A DNA stretch of 63,868 nt, counting the filler, from Rhabdomonas costata (taxonomy: Eukaryota), in the NCBI GenBank assembly GCA_019059605.1. It is 55 parts of 55 records of this genome, joined end to end, with 100 filler letters (N's around TTAATTAATTAA, not from the genome) between each part and the next. Parts side by side here need not be neighbours in the genome. Positions count along the whole stretch, not along the records: positions 23,274 to 24,329 come from JAHMHO010030599.1; positions 24,430 to 25,492 come from JAHMHO010030600.1; positions 25,593 to 26,655 come from JAHMHO010030601.1; positions 26,756 to 27,818 come from JAHMHO010030602.1; positions 27,919 to 28,981 come from JAHMHO010030603.1; positions 29,082 to 30,144 come from JAHMHO010030604.1; positions 30,245 to 31,309 come from JAHMHO010030605.1; positions 31,410 to 32,471 come from JAHMHO010030606.1; 47 more parts are not named here. The stretch is one strand, 5' to 3'. Position numbers and translations under genes: made by a program. The notes beneath the pieces were generated by a model. The model saw nothing but the letters and a program-made list of their open reading frames with translations. It had not been told where the DNA came from and did not search any database. Positions 23,875 to 37,705 of this stretch are shown one piece after another. Positions within the stretch are counted from its first letter, which is position 1, and each line of letters opens with the position of its first letter.

Positions 23875-26800
23875 CTATGGGCGTGATTCGGCTAAACAAC
23901 ACCGCTAAAGATATGGCCCGCTTCAGATAGAAGGCGTTTCATCTCAATGTGAGAAGTTTTGAGGTTGGCATATTTGAGGAAACATCCTTGTCAAAATGAA
24001 CAGTTTCCTTCAACTGCCTTTTAGCAACCACTACGAGCAAAATGTGGGTAACTCTCTGAAGCAGTGGAAGCAGGGCAGTAAAAAAAAAACAGCCCAACGT
24101 TATTCATTAGAAAAAGAAAACAAAACCCGCATTATAATCAGGGAATCCTTCTTTGGCTTTCCCAAAAAAATAAACATTAGAATAACTCAACCCGAAAACC
24201 ACAAAAGGAACCAACATTAAGGTAGCCGATAAAACGAAACGCAGTTTCCCATAGAAAACCATATCAAACGGAAATATGAAAATAGCAGAAACAGTTCCCA
24301 GTAAAAAACACAACCAAACACACCAACACNNNNNNNNNNNNNNNNNNNNNNNNNNNNNNNNNNNNNNNNNNNNTTAATTAATTAANNNNNNNNNNNNNNN
24401 NNNNNNNNNNNNNNNNNNNNNNNNNNNNNGTGGTTTGTTTTTCCCGCGGAGATTTCTCCTGTGGCACTGCCCTTTCTCTGATCCATTTTCACGCATTCCT
24501 TTATTCACTCGTGATACAGAATGGGTGATTGGCAGGGCTGTGCCACTATTTTTGTCAGTCTCCTTTTGGAGGTGGGAATCGTTTCCTTTTTTCTTCAGTT
24601 GCGTGATAAGTATCCTCCACTGCAGCAACAACAGTGCCAGCTTGTCTCCTCTGTTCTCTCTGTTTGAATTTATTGGGCTCGTCTGCCCACCCATCCCACA
24701 CCTTTTCCTAATTATTGGTCTGCGGTAGGGTTGCTTTCTCACAGCGCCCTCTACTTTTTTCGCGACGTGGGGCGAAGGTTGTTCTTCTCTTGGCGAGACA
24801 GGAGGACTTTCGCGTTATTTTCCTGTTTAAAACATCCTTCTGCTCGTGGCCATTTTCTGACCTGACCGACAAGGGCAAAGTATGGGAAATGCCACGCGGA
24901 CCAAGACACCCTCGAATCATCGAAAGCTCCAAATGCCATCCGTTCGAATCACACGGGAACAACTAGACAACTGAGCATAACCACGCAAAGAAGAGGAAGA
25001 AACAAACAAGCCCACACCAACACCAAAGCACAACCCAAAGAAGAAGGAAGTGACGTGGCGAGAGAAGAATAGTAGCAACGGAGACAAGAAGGTCAACCCA
25101 CCGAACCCTGACACCGAACCCAGCACTCGCATTAAACCCGCACACAACCAAACACCAACACCATCCCCAACAGCCCCAACCCCAATAGCCACAACAACAC
25201 TGAAACCAACATCGAACCCGACCAGCACCAAACACCAAGCTGGCACCAAACTCGTAAACACACTCACAGACAGACGCAAGGCAACAGCAAGTGTGTAATG
25301 CGCCCACCACACAGACACAAGCCCAGCTGGGGTCACCGGTACCTGAGCAGTAGCTCTCGGGACACGTGAAGGTAAAATGTGGTGCAAAAAATGGTACCAA
25401 CAATACTGCAACAATAGTCAAAGGCAAGGTCTCTATGCGCTTCCAGCTTAGGTGTTGTTGCAGTATTGTTGGTACCATTTTTTGCACCACAANNNNNNNN
25501 NNNNNNNNNNNNNNNNNNNNNNNNNNNNNNNNNNNNTTAATTAATTAANNNNNNNNNNNNNNNNNNNNNNNNNNNNNNNNNNNNNNNNNNNNGGACATGT
25601 CTCGTCCAATCATTGTGGTTGTGTTTTATACTTCTTCCTAAAGTGTTCTTGCCTTTCAAATCACCTGATTCTCTTCAGAATACTTGCACAGGTTTTTGAC
25701 GTAGCGCTTGCTTGTGTAGGTGCCCCCTTTGCTGGAGTCCGTGTGTTCTGTGGATGTGCTTTGCTTCCTGTTTCACCTAATTTCGGCGCCATTTGTTGTG
25801 CCGCGTGTGTGCTCTCAGCTCAGCTTCAGCGAGGCCTTGGAGGCCTTAACGGTGCATTGCGGGCTGACTGTGGGGCAGGCCGAGGTGGCCTTGTCGTGGG
25901 GGATGCTTTCGGTGACTGTTCCTTCGGCCTCTGTTGGTGTGCAGTTCACATTAGATACAATAGAAGGTTGGATCTTCTCAGGGAAGGTTTGCCCCGAGGT
26001 CTCGTGACCAGATTTTTAGCGGTACCCCGTTGCTGAATGAATCTCGGAGGAAGTGGCGGGAACCGTTAGCAAATTGTACCCACTTAACTCAAAAATGTTC
26101 AGATAAAACTTGCAGTCCTCCTCGTAATCAGTTTTTTTACTGTAAGTAAAGGAAGGGTAAGCTAGGAAGTTAAGGAAAGGTAAGCTTTTGCAGTACAAAT
26201 GCACCTAAATGTATGTTTTTCTTAGTGGACGGCTTGGGCGCGAACGTGGCAATCGGAGGTCTCTCAAAATTGTTTTCGAGTCCCTTACAGCACATGTGCT
26301 CCAATAGAGCACCAAGATAATTACCTTTGCCGCTAACCAGTTTTCGCGACGCGCTCACCTTGGGATACCAATTATTTTTTAAAACCGGAATTGGGATCGC
26401 GGGCCTGGCTTCAGTTTGGCTGTCCGTAAGTTGGACGAACCGTCGGGTTGAATCCGCAATCGATGGATTGCCAGATGCCGCGAAGTTTCAGGAAACTCCT
26501 TTATCTGCCTTCCACCCTATCATCTTTTTAGGCCCAGAATCGCGTGGCGCGACAGCGTCGTTCTCCCGCAAGGACTTGGTCGACCCTGAATGGGAGCCCC
26601 ATCTTTTGGCCCTGATGCGGTCCCATGCGGGGATTTTCGATCACCACCCCCCAACNNNNNNNNNNNNNNNNNNNNNNNNNNNNNNNNNNNNNNNNNNNNT
26701 TAATTAATTAANNNNNNNNNNNNNNNNNNNNNNNNNNNNNNNNNNNNNNNNNNNNTTTGTTGGGGATTTCTCGGATGCTGAAGTTACGCAACAAATTGAC

Positions 26801-28492
26801 ATGTTCATGGCACGGTGGTTTTTTCGGAAAGCCGCCAGTCTGAATGAGGCCTAAATGTCTGCCCGAACCGGAATGCCCATACGACGCGGATGAGACCCTG
26901 CGCTGCCGATAACGTCTAAGCCCATTCCAAATGCAGCTCGTGAGCTTTTACTCACATATGCCATTCAGGCACTGAGGTCGGAACGGAATGCGGAAAGAGA
27001 ATAGGTGTGCAGGTAGGACCGATTGTGCAAATGCTGGAGAGGCTACGCCTCTCCACACCTTGAATCGCGATGCCTTCCTCGCAGCGTCGATCAGTTCACG
27101 CTGGCCTTCAAGCAGGCCCTGGGACGGTTTGACCCCACATGGGCCGCCACCCAAGACACCTCCGACCAGCCCATCTGGCCAGCCGCGGTGAGGCCCAGGC
27201 TAATTTTTGCACAGTCCTTCGTGCACGCCGCCAGCCTCGTGCAGGTGTGAAGTTCCCACCCGTACCAAGCATTCTCATCCGAACTCTATTTGTTCGCACG
27301 ATCATCAAATCAAATGTGAAGTACCCGAGTTTGACTCCATCTGAATAGGAAGTTTGGGAATGAGTGATGTGGCAAGCAGCAACCCGAATATCCTGTTTCG
27401 CGGTGGCGTGGGGCAAGGGTGAAGATCCAACCGTTGGGTTTTGAGCAATCACCGGAAACTTTTTTCCCAGTTAAATGCAGCTCAGCTATTTTTCCGAGAA
27501 CGTTTCGTCTCGTGTGATTGAGTGGGCCTAGAATGCGGCGAACAAGAAACCGCCGACCCTGTTCCGTGCTGTAATGATGCCAAAGCGTCCCCCAGCAAGC
27601 ACCAACGGGTGGGTTTTCACAATTTTGCCGAGGATTTTCCCCTCTCAGGTTCAGTTCAACTATTTTTCGATTGCTACCAATGTTGTAGATGTAATACATG
27701 CAGTTAATTGTACCTCCTCTTCTCGCAGACGATGGACCACGTGATCACCTTTGTTCCTGCCTCGGCTGCCCAGAGCTACCAGTTGGACGTGGCCTCTCTG
27801 GGAGACGTGACTGGGTTCNNNNNNNNNNNNNNNNNNNNNNNNNNNNNNNNNNNNNNNNNNNNTTAATTAATTAANNNNNNNNNNNNNNNNNNNNNNNNNN
27901 NNNNNNNNNNNNNNNNNNTTTGTACTGTTGCTCACGAAAATCCCTAATAAGGCCACTTTTGCTCCCAGCGAATGCTTCCCTTGAAGCCTGATTTGTTGCC
28001 ATACGTACGCGCAGAAACAATGTTACGTCTGAACGGCGAGGTCTTTGTTTTCCTCTTTCCATTTTTGTTGGCGTGGTGTAGCTGTAGCTCCGCACCGCAA
28101 CTGCTGCGGCGCCCATGGGCGCACCTGTCTTGTATTTGTGTCATTGCAAGGCTTTTGGGGGAGGTTTTTCCACGAAGCCAACTGCCCTTAAATCAAAGAA
28201 GAACACCACACCTGAATTGTAAAGAATGAAAGCTTGGTGTATGGTGCTCGAATCTTCTCACTTCATACAAGAGGTCCACAAGCTGCTTCATGGAGATCTT
28301 GCTGCCATGGGGGACATCCATAATTTTAAATCCAAAAAGAATTACGCGAGACTGCAGAAGTTTATCCCTCAAAACTCTCGAAACTGGGGGAATGACCTGA
28401 TTTCCACCACCCCATGCCTGAACAACCTGACGTGATCTTATGCACCACAGCTTGTTTCTTTTTCCGCAAAACCGCTTCATCTCCCCCAACCG

Positions 28493-28684
28493 ATGTCCCG
28501 TGTTGCTGTCAAGTATCTCTCTGACGGCTCAGGGCGGGACCTGTACATAAACGGCAGCATCCGGCACCCCCAGGACGGGGATCTCCGAGCGAGAAAGGAC
28601 AACCTTCCTCGCAATGTTTGCAATTACCTGCGGCATCAAATGGATCGGGTTCAGTACTCCGAGTACATTGCAGAAATGGCGACG
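28493..28684 (+). CDS. Probable first exon of an unknown protein with a YxSDGSGRDxYI motif
   Basis: ATG-initiated frame MSRVAVKYLSDGSGRDLYINGS...; GT donor after MAT. Confidence 0.45.
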
Positions 28685-30433
28685 GTGGGTAACGTAAATA
28701 CCGTCTTCGAAGAAAGTCGAGGTCTTCCTTCCATTCGTTGTCTTTGATAAGGAGGCGTTAGACGGGTGTTGGACGTCTAACCCCCCTCCTTCCCCAAAGC
28801 TTGCTTTTGTGTGCTTCTGCGCACGTTATGTGAGATGTCATTTTCATCATTTAGATTGCGTTATGACGTCCCAAATCGTCTTCATACAAACACTAACGTA
28901 ATATTTCAAAGGAAGTTCCTAACAACGTGAAACCTATCCTTCCCTGGCAGCTGTGATGAAAATGACATCTCACCAAACCCCNNNNNNNNNNNNNNNNNNN
29001 NNNNNNNNNNNNNNNNNNNNNNNNNTTAATTAATTAANNNNNNNNNNNNNNNNNNNNNNNNNNNNNNNNNNNNNNNNNNNNTTTTGTTTGGTAATTTTCC
29101 AACATCTGACGCATCCGTGTGAAACAGAAAATGCTTTTCATGTGCATGAATGAAAACTAGAGTATGCAAAATGCGATTTTTCATTATCTCAAACGCCTAC
29201 TGCTGCGCTGGTAATAAGGCCAAACATCGTCAATTCTGCCTCATGTCCTTCAGCGGTGCCAAAGCGGTGGGTTAGTCCGCGACGAATCGCTGGTTGAAGC
29301 CGCACAGGCTCAAAAACCCACGCACGTCAGAAACGTTCGCGCACGTCGAGAAGCTTCTGCGGATGATGGAAAATTATCAAACAAAAGAAAAACCAAAATT
29401 TCCAAAGCCGCACTAGGCGAGGGACGTGATGGTGGCAATTCCCATCTGACCGGAGATTCTACGGAAACATGTCCTTGTACATACTGAGTAACGGTGGCTG
29501 TCTGACAATGGCAGAAACAGGTGGCTGGAACAACGTTTTTGATCAGCTCCTGGACAATCTTCCATGTCGACAGCTTTTTGCAATTCCAAATTCTCATCTA
29601 AAGACTTGCTGCCTCAAACGAGAGGCCGCAACGCCTTCCAGGTATTCACGTTTTTCTCTGGGATAGATGTGAGGCTGAATGTTAGATTTTGAGTTTTCAG
29701 AGCTACTCTTACTGACATTCTGTGGGAGTGTAGTAATACTCGTAACTTGCAGCAGTTGTAAAAACTATTGTCATGCATTAAGTAGTCTTTAAGACCACAT
29801 AAGTCACTTTTTCTCCAGCCCACCAGCCCGCGTTGGCAGAAAGCACTGACCTTTGCCAGTAAATGATGCTATACCATTCGTCATCACAAGTCCAAGGAAT
29901 ACAAGAAAAGTATCCGTATTGACATGCGAAACGAAACAAAAGTGTAACACTTGTTACACAATAGAGTGATCACATTAGTTGCCAAATCTTTTTAAATTAA
30001 AACAACGTATATTCGTATACGCTTTGTGCAACTAACGGTAAAAGTTACCAATATCCACACATTAATGTCGATTTTGTGCGACAATTTCCAATTTTGTGAG
30101 ACTTCGGCACCACGCATAACCAGAAACATCCACTTAAACCCCCCNNNNNNNNNNNNNNNNNNNNNNNNNNNNNNNNNNNNNNNNNNNNTTAATTAATTAA
30201 NNNNNNNNNNNNNNNNNNNNNNNNNNNNNNNNNNNNNNNNNNNNTGCCCTCTGCCTTCCTTGTCTTGCGTCTCCTCTCCGGTGCTGCGTTGTGTGTATCG
30301 TCTGCTGTTGTTGCTGTGGGCCCTTTGCGTGTACTTCCGTCACCTTCCTATCCGGCTTTGCACTCCCAAGTTAGTATCCAGGTATCCGGTTCCTTACGCG
30401 TACGTGTGTTCTTCTTTGTCTTAGTATGGTCTT

Positions 30434-30975
30434 GTGTAGCGTAGTGTAGTGTAGTAGTGTAGGGTGTAGCGTAGTGTAGTGTAGCGTATGGTGTAGTGTA
30501 TGGTGTGTGTCAGGGTTTGTGTTGTTGTTGGTCCGATGCGTTTGTCTCAACCATGCTCACTTCTACCATGCTCACTGTTGTTGTGTCGGAGGGTGTGTTG
30601 GCTGTTACGGTTGGAGGGTGTGTTTGTGTCTCAAGGCCTCTGCTACCATGCTCTCTGTCTTCTGCGTAGTGTTAGTGCTTTGTGTGTTCTTGCGACTCAG
30701 GGTGTGTTTGTGGTACGATGTGTGGATTTCTGGGCCTCATGGTGGTTGGATGTCAGGATGCTGCGTTTGTGTTACCAGTGTTTCTACAGTGCTTGTGTGT
30801 TGGAGCTACGTGTCAGGATCTTGGGGTTCATGGTGTCGTGTTTTTGCGTCTCAGGGTTTCGTGTTCTTGGGTTCTGTGGTGGTTTGTGTCAATGGTTCTA
30901 CAGTGTATGTGTGTTTCAGTGTCTTTGGGTGTCTGTGGGGCTTTGTGTCAGGATGTTGGGGGTTGAGGTGTGAGG
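30434..30975. repeat. (GTGTA)n-type microsatellite followed by GT-rich low-complexity sequence with short repeated phrases
   Basis: gtagtgtagtgtag run; tgtcaggat x3 and ttctacagtg x2. Confidence 0.8.
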
Positions 30976-32759
30976 GGTTCATGAGGCATAGGGTATCAGC
31001 ATGACTATGAGTGAAGAAGTGAGTAACTCAGCATGACTGTAGAAGCCAAGATGCCAAGAACCATCATGCCTCAACCCTACTTCGTTGCTCCCTACTACGG
31101 ATGGATCGCTACGCACCCATCCTTCGTGTTCTAAGGGTAAGAGAATGAAGAGAGAGTGAAGAGTGAAAGCGTAAACCTCTTGGGGTATTCCTGCGTGGCT
31201 TCGCCCGGTCGGAGTGACACGTACCGGCTTATGCCGGGGAGTGGAACGAAGAGACAGGTATAGGCATGATGCTATCCCCATGCCTTACTCACTGCGTTCG
31301 TAAGTCATGNNNNNNNNNNNNNNNNNNNNNNNNNNNNNNNNNNNNNNNNNNNNTTAATTAATTAANNNNNNNNNNNNNNNNNNNNNNNNNNNNNNNNNNN
31401 NNNNNNNNNTGTTTGGCAGTTTAACCCTTGTTCCAGGTGGGTGGTGGGTTGTATTGGATGAAACTGCCGTCCAGGCAGAAGGCTTGCCATCAACCTTTCC
31501 AGGCAGGGAATCGGTCGTTATAGGAAGGAAAGCTGAGATTTCGCACCTTCGGACAATTTTCCACAATATTTCCTGCAGCACCGTAAAAGAGCAGACCTTG
31601 AGCAACACAGGGTAATCAGGGATCATGGGGTGAGAAAGGGTTCACCAGGTACTCAGACAGTCAAGTGCGTAGCGCCACGGCGGAGACGGCAAGAAGCGCC
31701 ACCGGTAAGCTTTCCGCAAAACATAGCTCCCGTTTTTGCGCTCCGAGACATCTGTCGTCCCCCCTGAGGTGGAGGACCTCGACCTGGTGTGCCCCCTGAC
31801 CCGTGACAACTTCGATCTTCTTGTTCTCGCTGCAGCGCTTAATTTTTTTAGAAGCATGTGCTGAGCCAAAGGGGGGACATCAGCGAAAGAGAGCCATGTC
31901 GCAAGCGAGGTCAAGGTCAGTTCTTCTTCTTTTTGTGCCCGAGGGTTTTCTCTGATGATTTCCGGGATTGCTTCTCGGGTTGCTGTTTTAATATTGAATG
32001 TTTCAATGGTGCTTTTGCTTTCACTTTTTTCATTGATTCCCATTTGTACTTTGGTGCAGTGAGTATAGGACTACAGAGGAAGCCTTTCTCACTGTTTGTC
32101 GGGTGGATGGATCGGTCCCATTGGTACTACTTCACCAGAGGAGTGTTGGGAGTGTTGTGAGTGTTGAGTGTGCCCTTACCACTGCATCGGCTTACTTTTG
32201 GAAGCAAACTGAATGAGTGTGTGTCTCTGCCTCTCTTTCGAGAGTGTTGGTGTTAGTTTGAGGAAAAGGCTGTGCTTTGCTGGCCTCAGCCTTCCGCTGA
32301 GCTGTCAACGCGCCCGAACGTCTCGTTTGCGGTATTTTGATTCGTTGGAAGAGGTGGCGCACGGAATTCTTCCCGCTGGGAATGCTTTGCGCTTCCCAAA
32401 AGAGGGAGTCTCATTCTCGTGCACGTGTTTTTTCCCTTTCACAAAGCCAGTTTGCAAAGCCACACCGAATGNNNNNNNNNNNNNNNNNNNNNNNNNNNNN
32501 NNNNNNNNNNNNNNNTTAATTAATTAANNNNNNNNNNNNNNNNNNNNNNNNNNNNNNNNNNNNNNNNNNNNTTGTGTGGTATCAGGAAATGCATGAGCAT
32601 GGTTACCTCCCGGCTTTCACCGCAAATCACCAAACAGCCAGAAATTCCCCCAGCCAAGGGTTCCCGCACAACTGTGTATAAAAAGCGCAGGAGGTAACCA
32701 TGCTCATGCATTTCCTGATCCCACACGGATCAAAATATTCCAAAATAGATGTATAAATA

Positions 32760-33433
32760 GTATGGTCTTGGCACTGCACCTCGCCGTCGATCAGCAGCCT
32801 CTGAAGGAAGCTGATATGGCCGGGCTTGAGCTTGTCCACACCATCCAGCACGGCGATCCCTCCGTGCAGCGCGGCGCTCATCAGTGGAGTAAGCTCCCAG
32901 ATCTGACGATTAAATCAGCAGTGCAGCTCACAACTCACCCACTTTTTCATCAGTCATAATCCCCAGCATCGATTCAGCACACGAAAAACAAGATGAAGCC
33001 AAAACGCCACGTACGGTGCTGCAGTACCAAACGAACACAAATGCAAACAAACAAAACACAAAACTGTCAAGGAAGAGAAAATCCATGCTGTTGCATAAGA
33101 AAGGCCAAGCACAGGATTGTGCGATTGTGGGAGCGACAAATAAAAACCTCAGAGGCTGAGCAGGGCAATGGAGGGGATTGACTCCCACTTCGCCAAAAAC
33201 GACGAAAAAAAATCTCACGAAAAATTCGAAAAAAAAAACATGAAAATTATTGCTGTCATAAATCAGAGAGAGCTCGGGCACAGGCCCTCACACCGTGTCT
33301 CCGTTCTCCTGAGTCACTCGCCGCTGCAGCAGGTCACGCGTGGACATGTCCGCATAGAGGTGCACAGTATGCACGTCATGGTGGTAGCCCAGCAGCCGTG
33401 CAAACTGGTGCACCAGGCTCGTCTTGCCGTTCC
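32760..33433 (-). CDS. VWA8: VWA8-like AAA+ (MoxR/midasin-related) ATPase, partial
   Basis: Exon 33433-33294 GNGKTSLVHQFARLLGY...LYADMSTRDLLQRRVTQENGDT splices GT-AG to an exon from 32902 IWELTPLMSAALHGGIAVLDGVDKL...LQRLLIDGE; Walker A/B and the DMxxRDLLQxR motif. Confidence 0.88.
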
Positions 33434-33769
33434 CTACACACACACACACACACACACAGCTCAGGTCGTCATCAAGTTACATCCAGAAAGAACCACTGAA
33501 AACGGGGTCCACGTATTCGTGTATTCGTGCGGGAAAATGCAACCGGGCGGGAACGTAGACTGGGGTCTTCAAACGACTTTTTACGATCCAATCGGCGAAG
33601 TTGTTACCACTCGCAAACGATACCCCCCCCCACANNNNNNNNNNNNNNNNNNNNNNNNNNNNNNNNNNNNNNNNNNNNTTAATTAATTAANNNNNNNNNN
33701 NNNNNNNNNNNNNNNNNNNNNNNNNNNNNNNNNNGTTTGTTTGTTTACACACAGGGAAGCCGAGTCAAG

Positions 33770-34260
33770 ACGGATCAGGGTCAGGATGCCGAAATTCGGG
33801 TTCGGGGTTTGGTGTATGGGTCCGGACCCGGGGTAAATATGCCAGTGATATTGAGGTTCGGGGGGTTAGGGTGTAAGGGTCGGGTATCGGCGTAAGAATG
33901 GTAGGGTCGGGTCTCGGCGTTGGGGTGCCGATATCGGGGCATGGTTTTTGGATGATAGGGTTATGGCCCGGGGTTGGGCAATAAGCTGGTGGTCGGGGTT
34001 GCCGAATTTGGGGCTCGTGTACAGGGCACAAGGGTCGGGGCCACGTAAGCGCCAAAAATGGGATTAAAGATAAGGTTGTAAGGGCAGGGGCTCCGGGTTA
34101 GGATATCAGTTGGTGCTGGGGTAAAGGTGCCAAAACTGGGGCTCGGGGTCACGATGCTAAGGTTGGGGCTCGGGGTTGGCGTGTTGGCTTGTGCTCGGGG
34201 TAAGTGCCGAAAGTCGGGTTCGGGGTTAGGACGTAAGGGTTGGGGCTCGCGGTTACGATG
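33770..34260 (+). repeat. G-rich degenerate satellite with telomere-like (GGGTTA/GGGTC) units
   Basis: Strong G skew; recurring GGG(G)TT/TC units and TGCCGAnnT(C/T)GGG variants. Confidence 0.7.
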
Positions 34261-36102
34261 TCTCACCCGTTTGTATTTTCGGCTGCGGCTTTCATGTCTC
34301 GCCCCTGGGAGTGTCGGGGGTCCCTTTCCTGCCGTCGGCCTCTCCTACGTCTCTGTTCTCCCTGGATGTTCCATACTGCGTGTTGTGTGTGTGTGTGTGT
34401 GTGCTCGCGCTTCGTTTGTGAGAGAAGAGGTGTTGAGCGTCCCCGTCTCGGCCTTTCGAACAGTCCTTTGACCCAAAGTGGGAGTCTGGCTGAGGCTGGG
34501 CGGGCGCATGCGCCTGCGCCTTACGGTGGTGGACTCCCCAGTGGGGAGCGTTCGTTCTTCCACGACCCTCAACATGCAATGTGTACACAGAGCAACCCGC
34601 AGTTTTGTTTCCTTATGTTCACGGGTGCTGTCGGAGCGAATGGGAAAGAAGCCCTTAAATCCCTCTCAACGACTGCAGCTACCACCTCGCCCGCTAAACA
34701 AATGTGGCAATCACCACAATCACAATCGGAAAGCTTCAGTCAGAGGGCAGGGCGGGGGTGGGGTGCACGGCACCTGCCGTGGCGCCGTCTGAGGCANNNN
34801 NNNNNNNNNNNNNNNNNNNNNNNNNNNNNNNNNNNNNNNNTTAATTAATTAANNNNNNNNNNNNNNNNNNNNNNNNNNNNNNNNNNNNNNNNNNNNGGGG
34901 GGTTGTGGGTTTTCTTCGAATTTCTCTTTCCTCACCACTGTGGTGGCCCTCCACCTCGCTTCTGCCTGGAAGTTTCTAAGATGAAAATGAAATTCGCTGT
35001 ATCAATAGCACAGTCCCAGTCTGCCACCTTTCCAACTTCGGATGTGCCAGTGCTCAAAACCACCTGAGCTCAGCTCGGCTGTATCCGTGTAGCGGGATGG
35101 GTGGATGATTTGGGTTGCGACGGGGCTCTTGGGAGCGGGGATTTTTTACTTGATTGTATCGTTGCGGAAAACGACAAAGAATAGGAGCTTTAGGAGGAAT
35201 TAATTGTTTTGCGGTGGTTGACGATTTACACTGATACGGTTGAAATTTGGAAATTCTTCATTCTGGGGGGAAGTGGCACATGGTTTTGTGAGAATAGGCA
35301 CACTATACCTAATTCCGGCGCTCGTAAAGTACATCCATCAAAACACGACCCCACCCCTTATTAGTATCCCCCAAAAAAATTGGGTGTGTGTGGGGGGGGG
35401 CATTTCAAAAGAAACGCCCAAAACTTTCAGCAAAAGATCGTTAACGGGCAACAACTCACGCACACGCTCCGCCCCCAAACCACTTATCCGTTTCCACCAC
35501 CCCACTCTCTCTTCTCGCCTCATAGGATCGGCTGGTCTGTCTGTGCAGCACCTTGAACAACTGGGGTTTGCTGGAGCTGGACCTGCACCAGAGCCTCGGC
35601 GAAGAGCCCTGGGTCCGCCTGGAGAAGGAGGTGGGCACGTCCTTTTGTTTGTGTTTTCCTCTGCTTGTGATTGCCTGTCGCCCACTATATGTCCAATGGA
35701 TGAGTCGATGCTATGCCCCGTACCTCGAGTACGCGTGCTGTTTTTATTAGTTGTGGGGTGGGGTGACATATAGACATATAGGACACAATTTTGTGGAATT
35801 TCGGGCTTGCTTGTAGACGATTACTCGTTTCCGTTCACTTTGACTCATGGTGGCGTTGTCTTCTGTCCAGATGTTTTTTTTTGCTTTTGGACACATTCCG
35901 TCAGTCAGCCGATGGCTTCCACTTCCCTCACACAGCAGGAACAGGATCAAAGTTTAATTNNNNNNNNNNNNNNNNNNNNNNNNNNNNNNNNNNNNNNNNN
36001 NNNTTAATTAATTAANNNNNNNNNNNNNNNNNNNNNNNNNNNNNNNNNNNNNNNNNNNNGGTTGTTGGGTAAGTGTGGGTGTTTGTCGTGGGGGTGTCGC
36101 AG

Positions 36103-36337
36103 GGGAAAGTTCCGTCGGCAGTTCCACAAGTGGTTCCGCTCCGTGTGTGAGGTGCGGGCCGCCCAGGCCGCGGCCTCGCGGAAGAGACCTGAGGCCACCC
36201 CCGTCCTGACTGGTCTGCTGGGGCTCCCCATGAATGGGGATGTCCCACGAGCCCGCACCGCGGCGGAAGTGGCCGCGGAGGCGGCCGCGGAGTTGGAGCG
36301 CACTCGGCCGAAGTTCCGCATGCTGGAGGCCCTCACT
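36103..36337 (+). CDS. Probable exon, unknown protein
   Basis: CAG acceptor, GC-rich frame GKFRRQFHKWFRSVCEVRAAQ...RPKFRMLEALT. Confidence 0.45.
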
Positions 36338-37478
36338 GTCCCGGTCCTCCATGCCGCCACCCTAGCGCTATTGCACAACATATATGCGGGCATTCGCACG
36401 TGTACATGCATCACCCACTCTCCCAGTGGTCTTATTCGAAGCGGTGAGTTTGCCTTTCCGTGTGCGCAGATTTAGCTATGTTTGTACTCATTGCAGTTTC
36501 CAGCAACGCTCTTCTAAATTTAGAACAGCGTTCGGGATGCCTTTCCTGTTGTGAGGGACGCTTTTACCTAACCGCTGTCACGAATTCGTCCATGAAGATG
36601 ACATGCCAGCTTCACAGAGAAATTACTGCAAGACAAAGCCAGTGTAATGCCTTATCTCACCTCATGCTGCGCTCTAACCTTGAAATCGACCTTTTTCAAT
36701 GTCCGGATGTGGCCCTTGGTGCCAACAAAAGATTTCCAAGTTTGTTGTCGACCAGGCTTTGCCTAAATAACAACCCATGTAGGTGATTTTACTCGTAAGA
36801 CTAGTCTTGATTTGTTTTCTTCAACCTCTCCGAAGGAAAGAATTCTTCGCGTACATTTGACCAAAGACCCACTCACCACCAGCGCAACAGCACAGGAACC
36901 ACAAAGACTGAATCACCGTAGACACCAGCGCACGAACAGTACCTACCGACCAATTGTTGCGCAAACACACCGCAGGAACCAATTAACCAAATCATCGTAT
37001 ACGCGAACTCACTGACCAGTACTACCAACGTTGTGAGGGATAGGACGACGCGAAAGGCCAAATCACCACACCACTGGAAACACTGGATGATGTCACCAAA
37101 AAGAAGGTGACATCCCGGTGTTNNNNNNNNNNNNNNNNNNNNNNNNNNNNNNNNNNNNNNNNNNNNTTAATTAATTAANNNNNNNNNNNNNNNNNNNNNN
37201 NNNNNNNNNNNNNNNNNNNNNNCGAAGGAACCTCCTAGCATTGCAAACCCCTCCAAGACCTACTCAGCGATTAGCAAAAGCTATCGCCTTCACCTTCGTC
37301 TTAACCCCCAACTGCAACTGATTGCTGGTCTTGACCTTTGGTCTTGGTCCCCAGCCTATACCATCGGCCATCGTGACAACCAAGAGTGCACTCATACACA
37401 TCTTGGCCAGGGCCCCGTCTCGAAAATATATGTGTTTGGAATCGACCTTGACGTGAAGGCCCGACACTGTACTTCTCA

Positions 37479-37510
<32 letters not shown>

Positions 37511-37514
37511 GCAG

Positions 37515-37705
37515 ATGCCACCACGACAGTACTTCTGCAACGGCTGGCGGACAGCGACTTGAGCATCAGGGCCGCCCTGTCGCACCTGGACCGCGTCGCG
37601 GAGAGCCTACCCGGGCCCGACCGCACGAAGACCTTCCAGGTTCACTTCGCGGGCGTCCGCAAACGCCTGGAGGAGTGGCAGGAGCTTTCCCAGCTCTCCT
37701 TGCAG
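37515..37705 (+). CDS. Probable internal exon, helical protein of unknown function
   Basis: (CT)n + CAG acceptor, GT donor, GC3-biased frame VLLQRLADSDLSIRAALSHLDRV...LSLQ. Confidence 0.6.

Noticed and set aside
24917-25490. Long hydrophobic or Cys/Trp-rich ORFs (also 30500-31004, 33765-34471)
   Set aside because: Products of AC/GT-skewed low-complexity DNA lacking stops; no domain signal.
26016-26655. Protein-like ORFs in several frames (also 31642-32043, 52738-53167)
   Set aside because: No recognisable motifs or splice structure; could be decayed elements but cannot be supported by eye.
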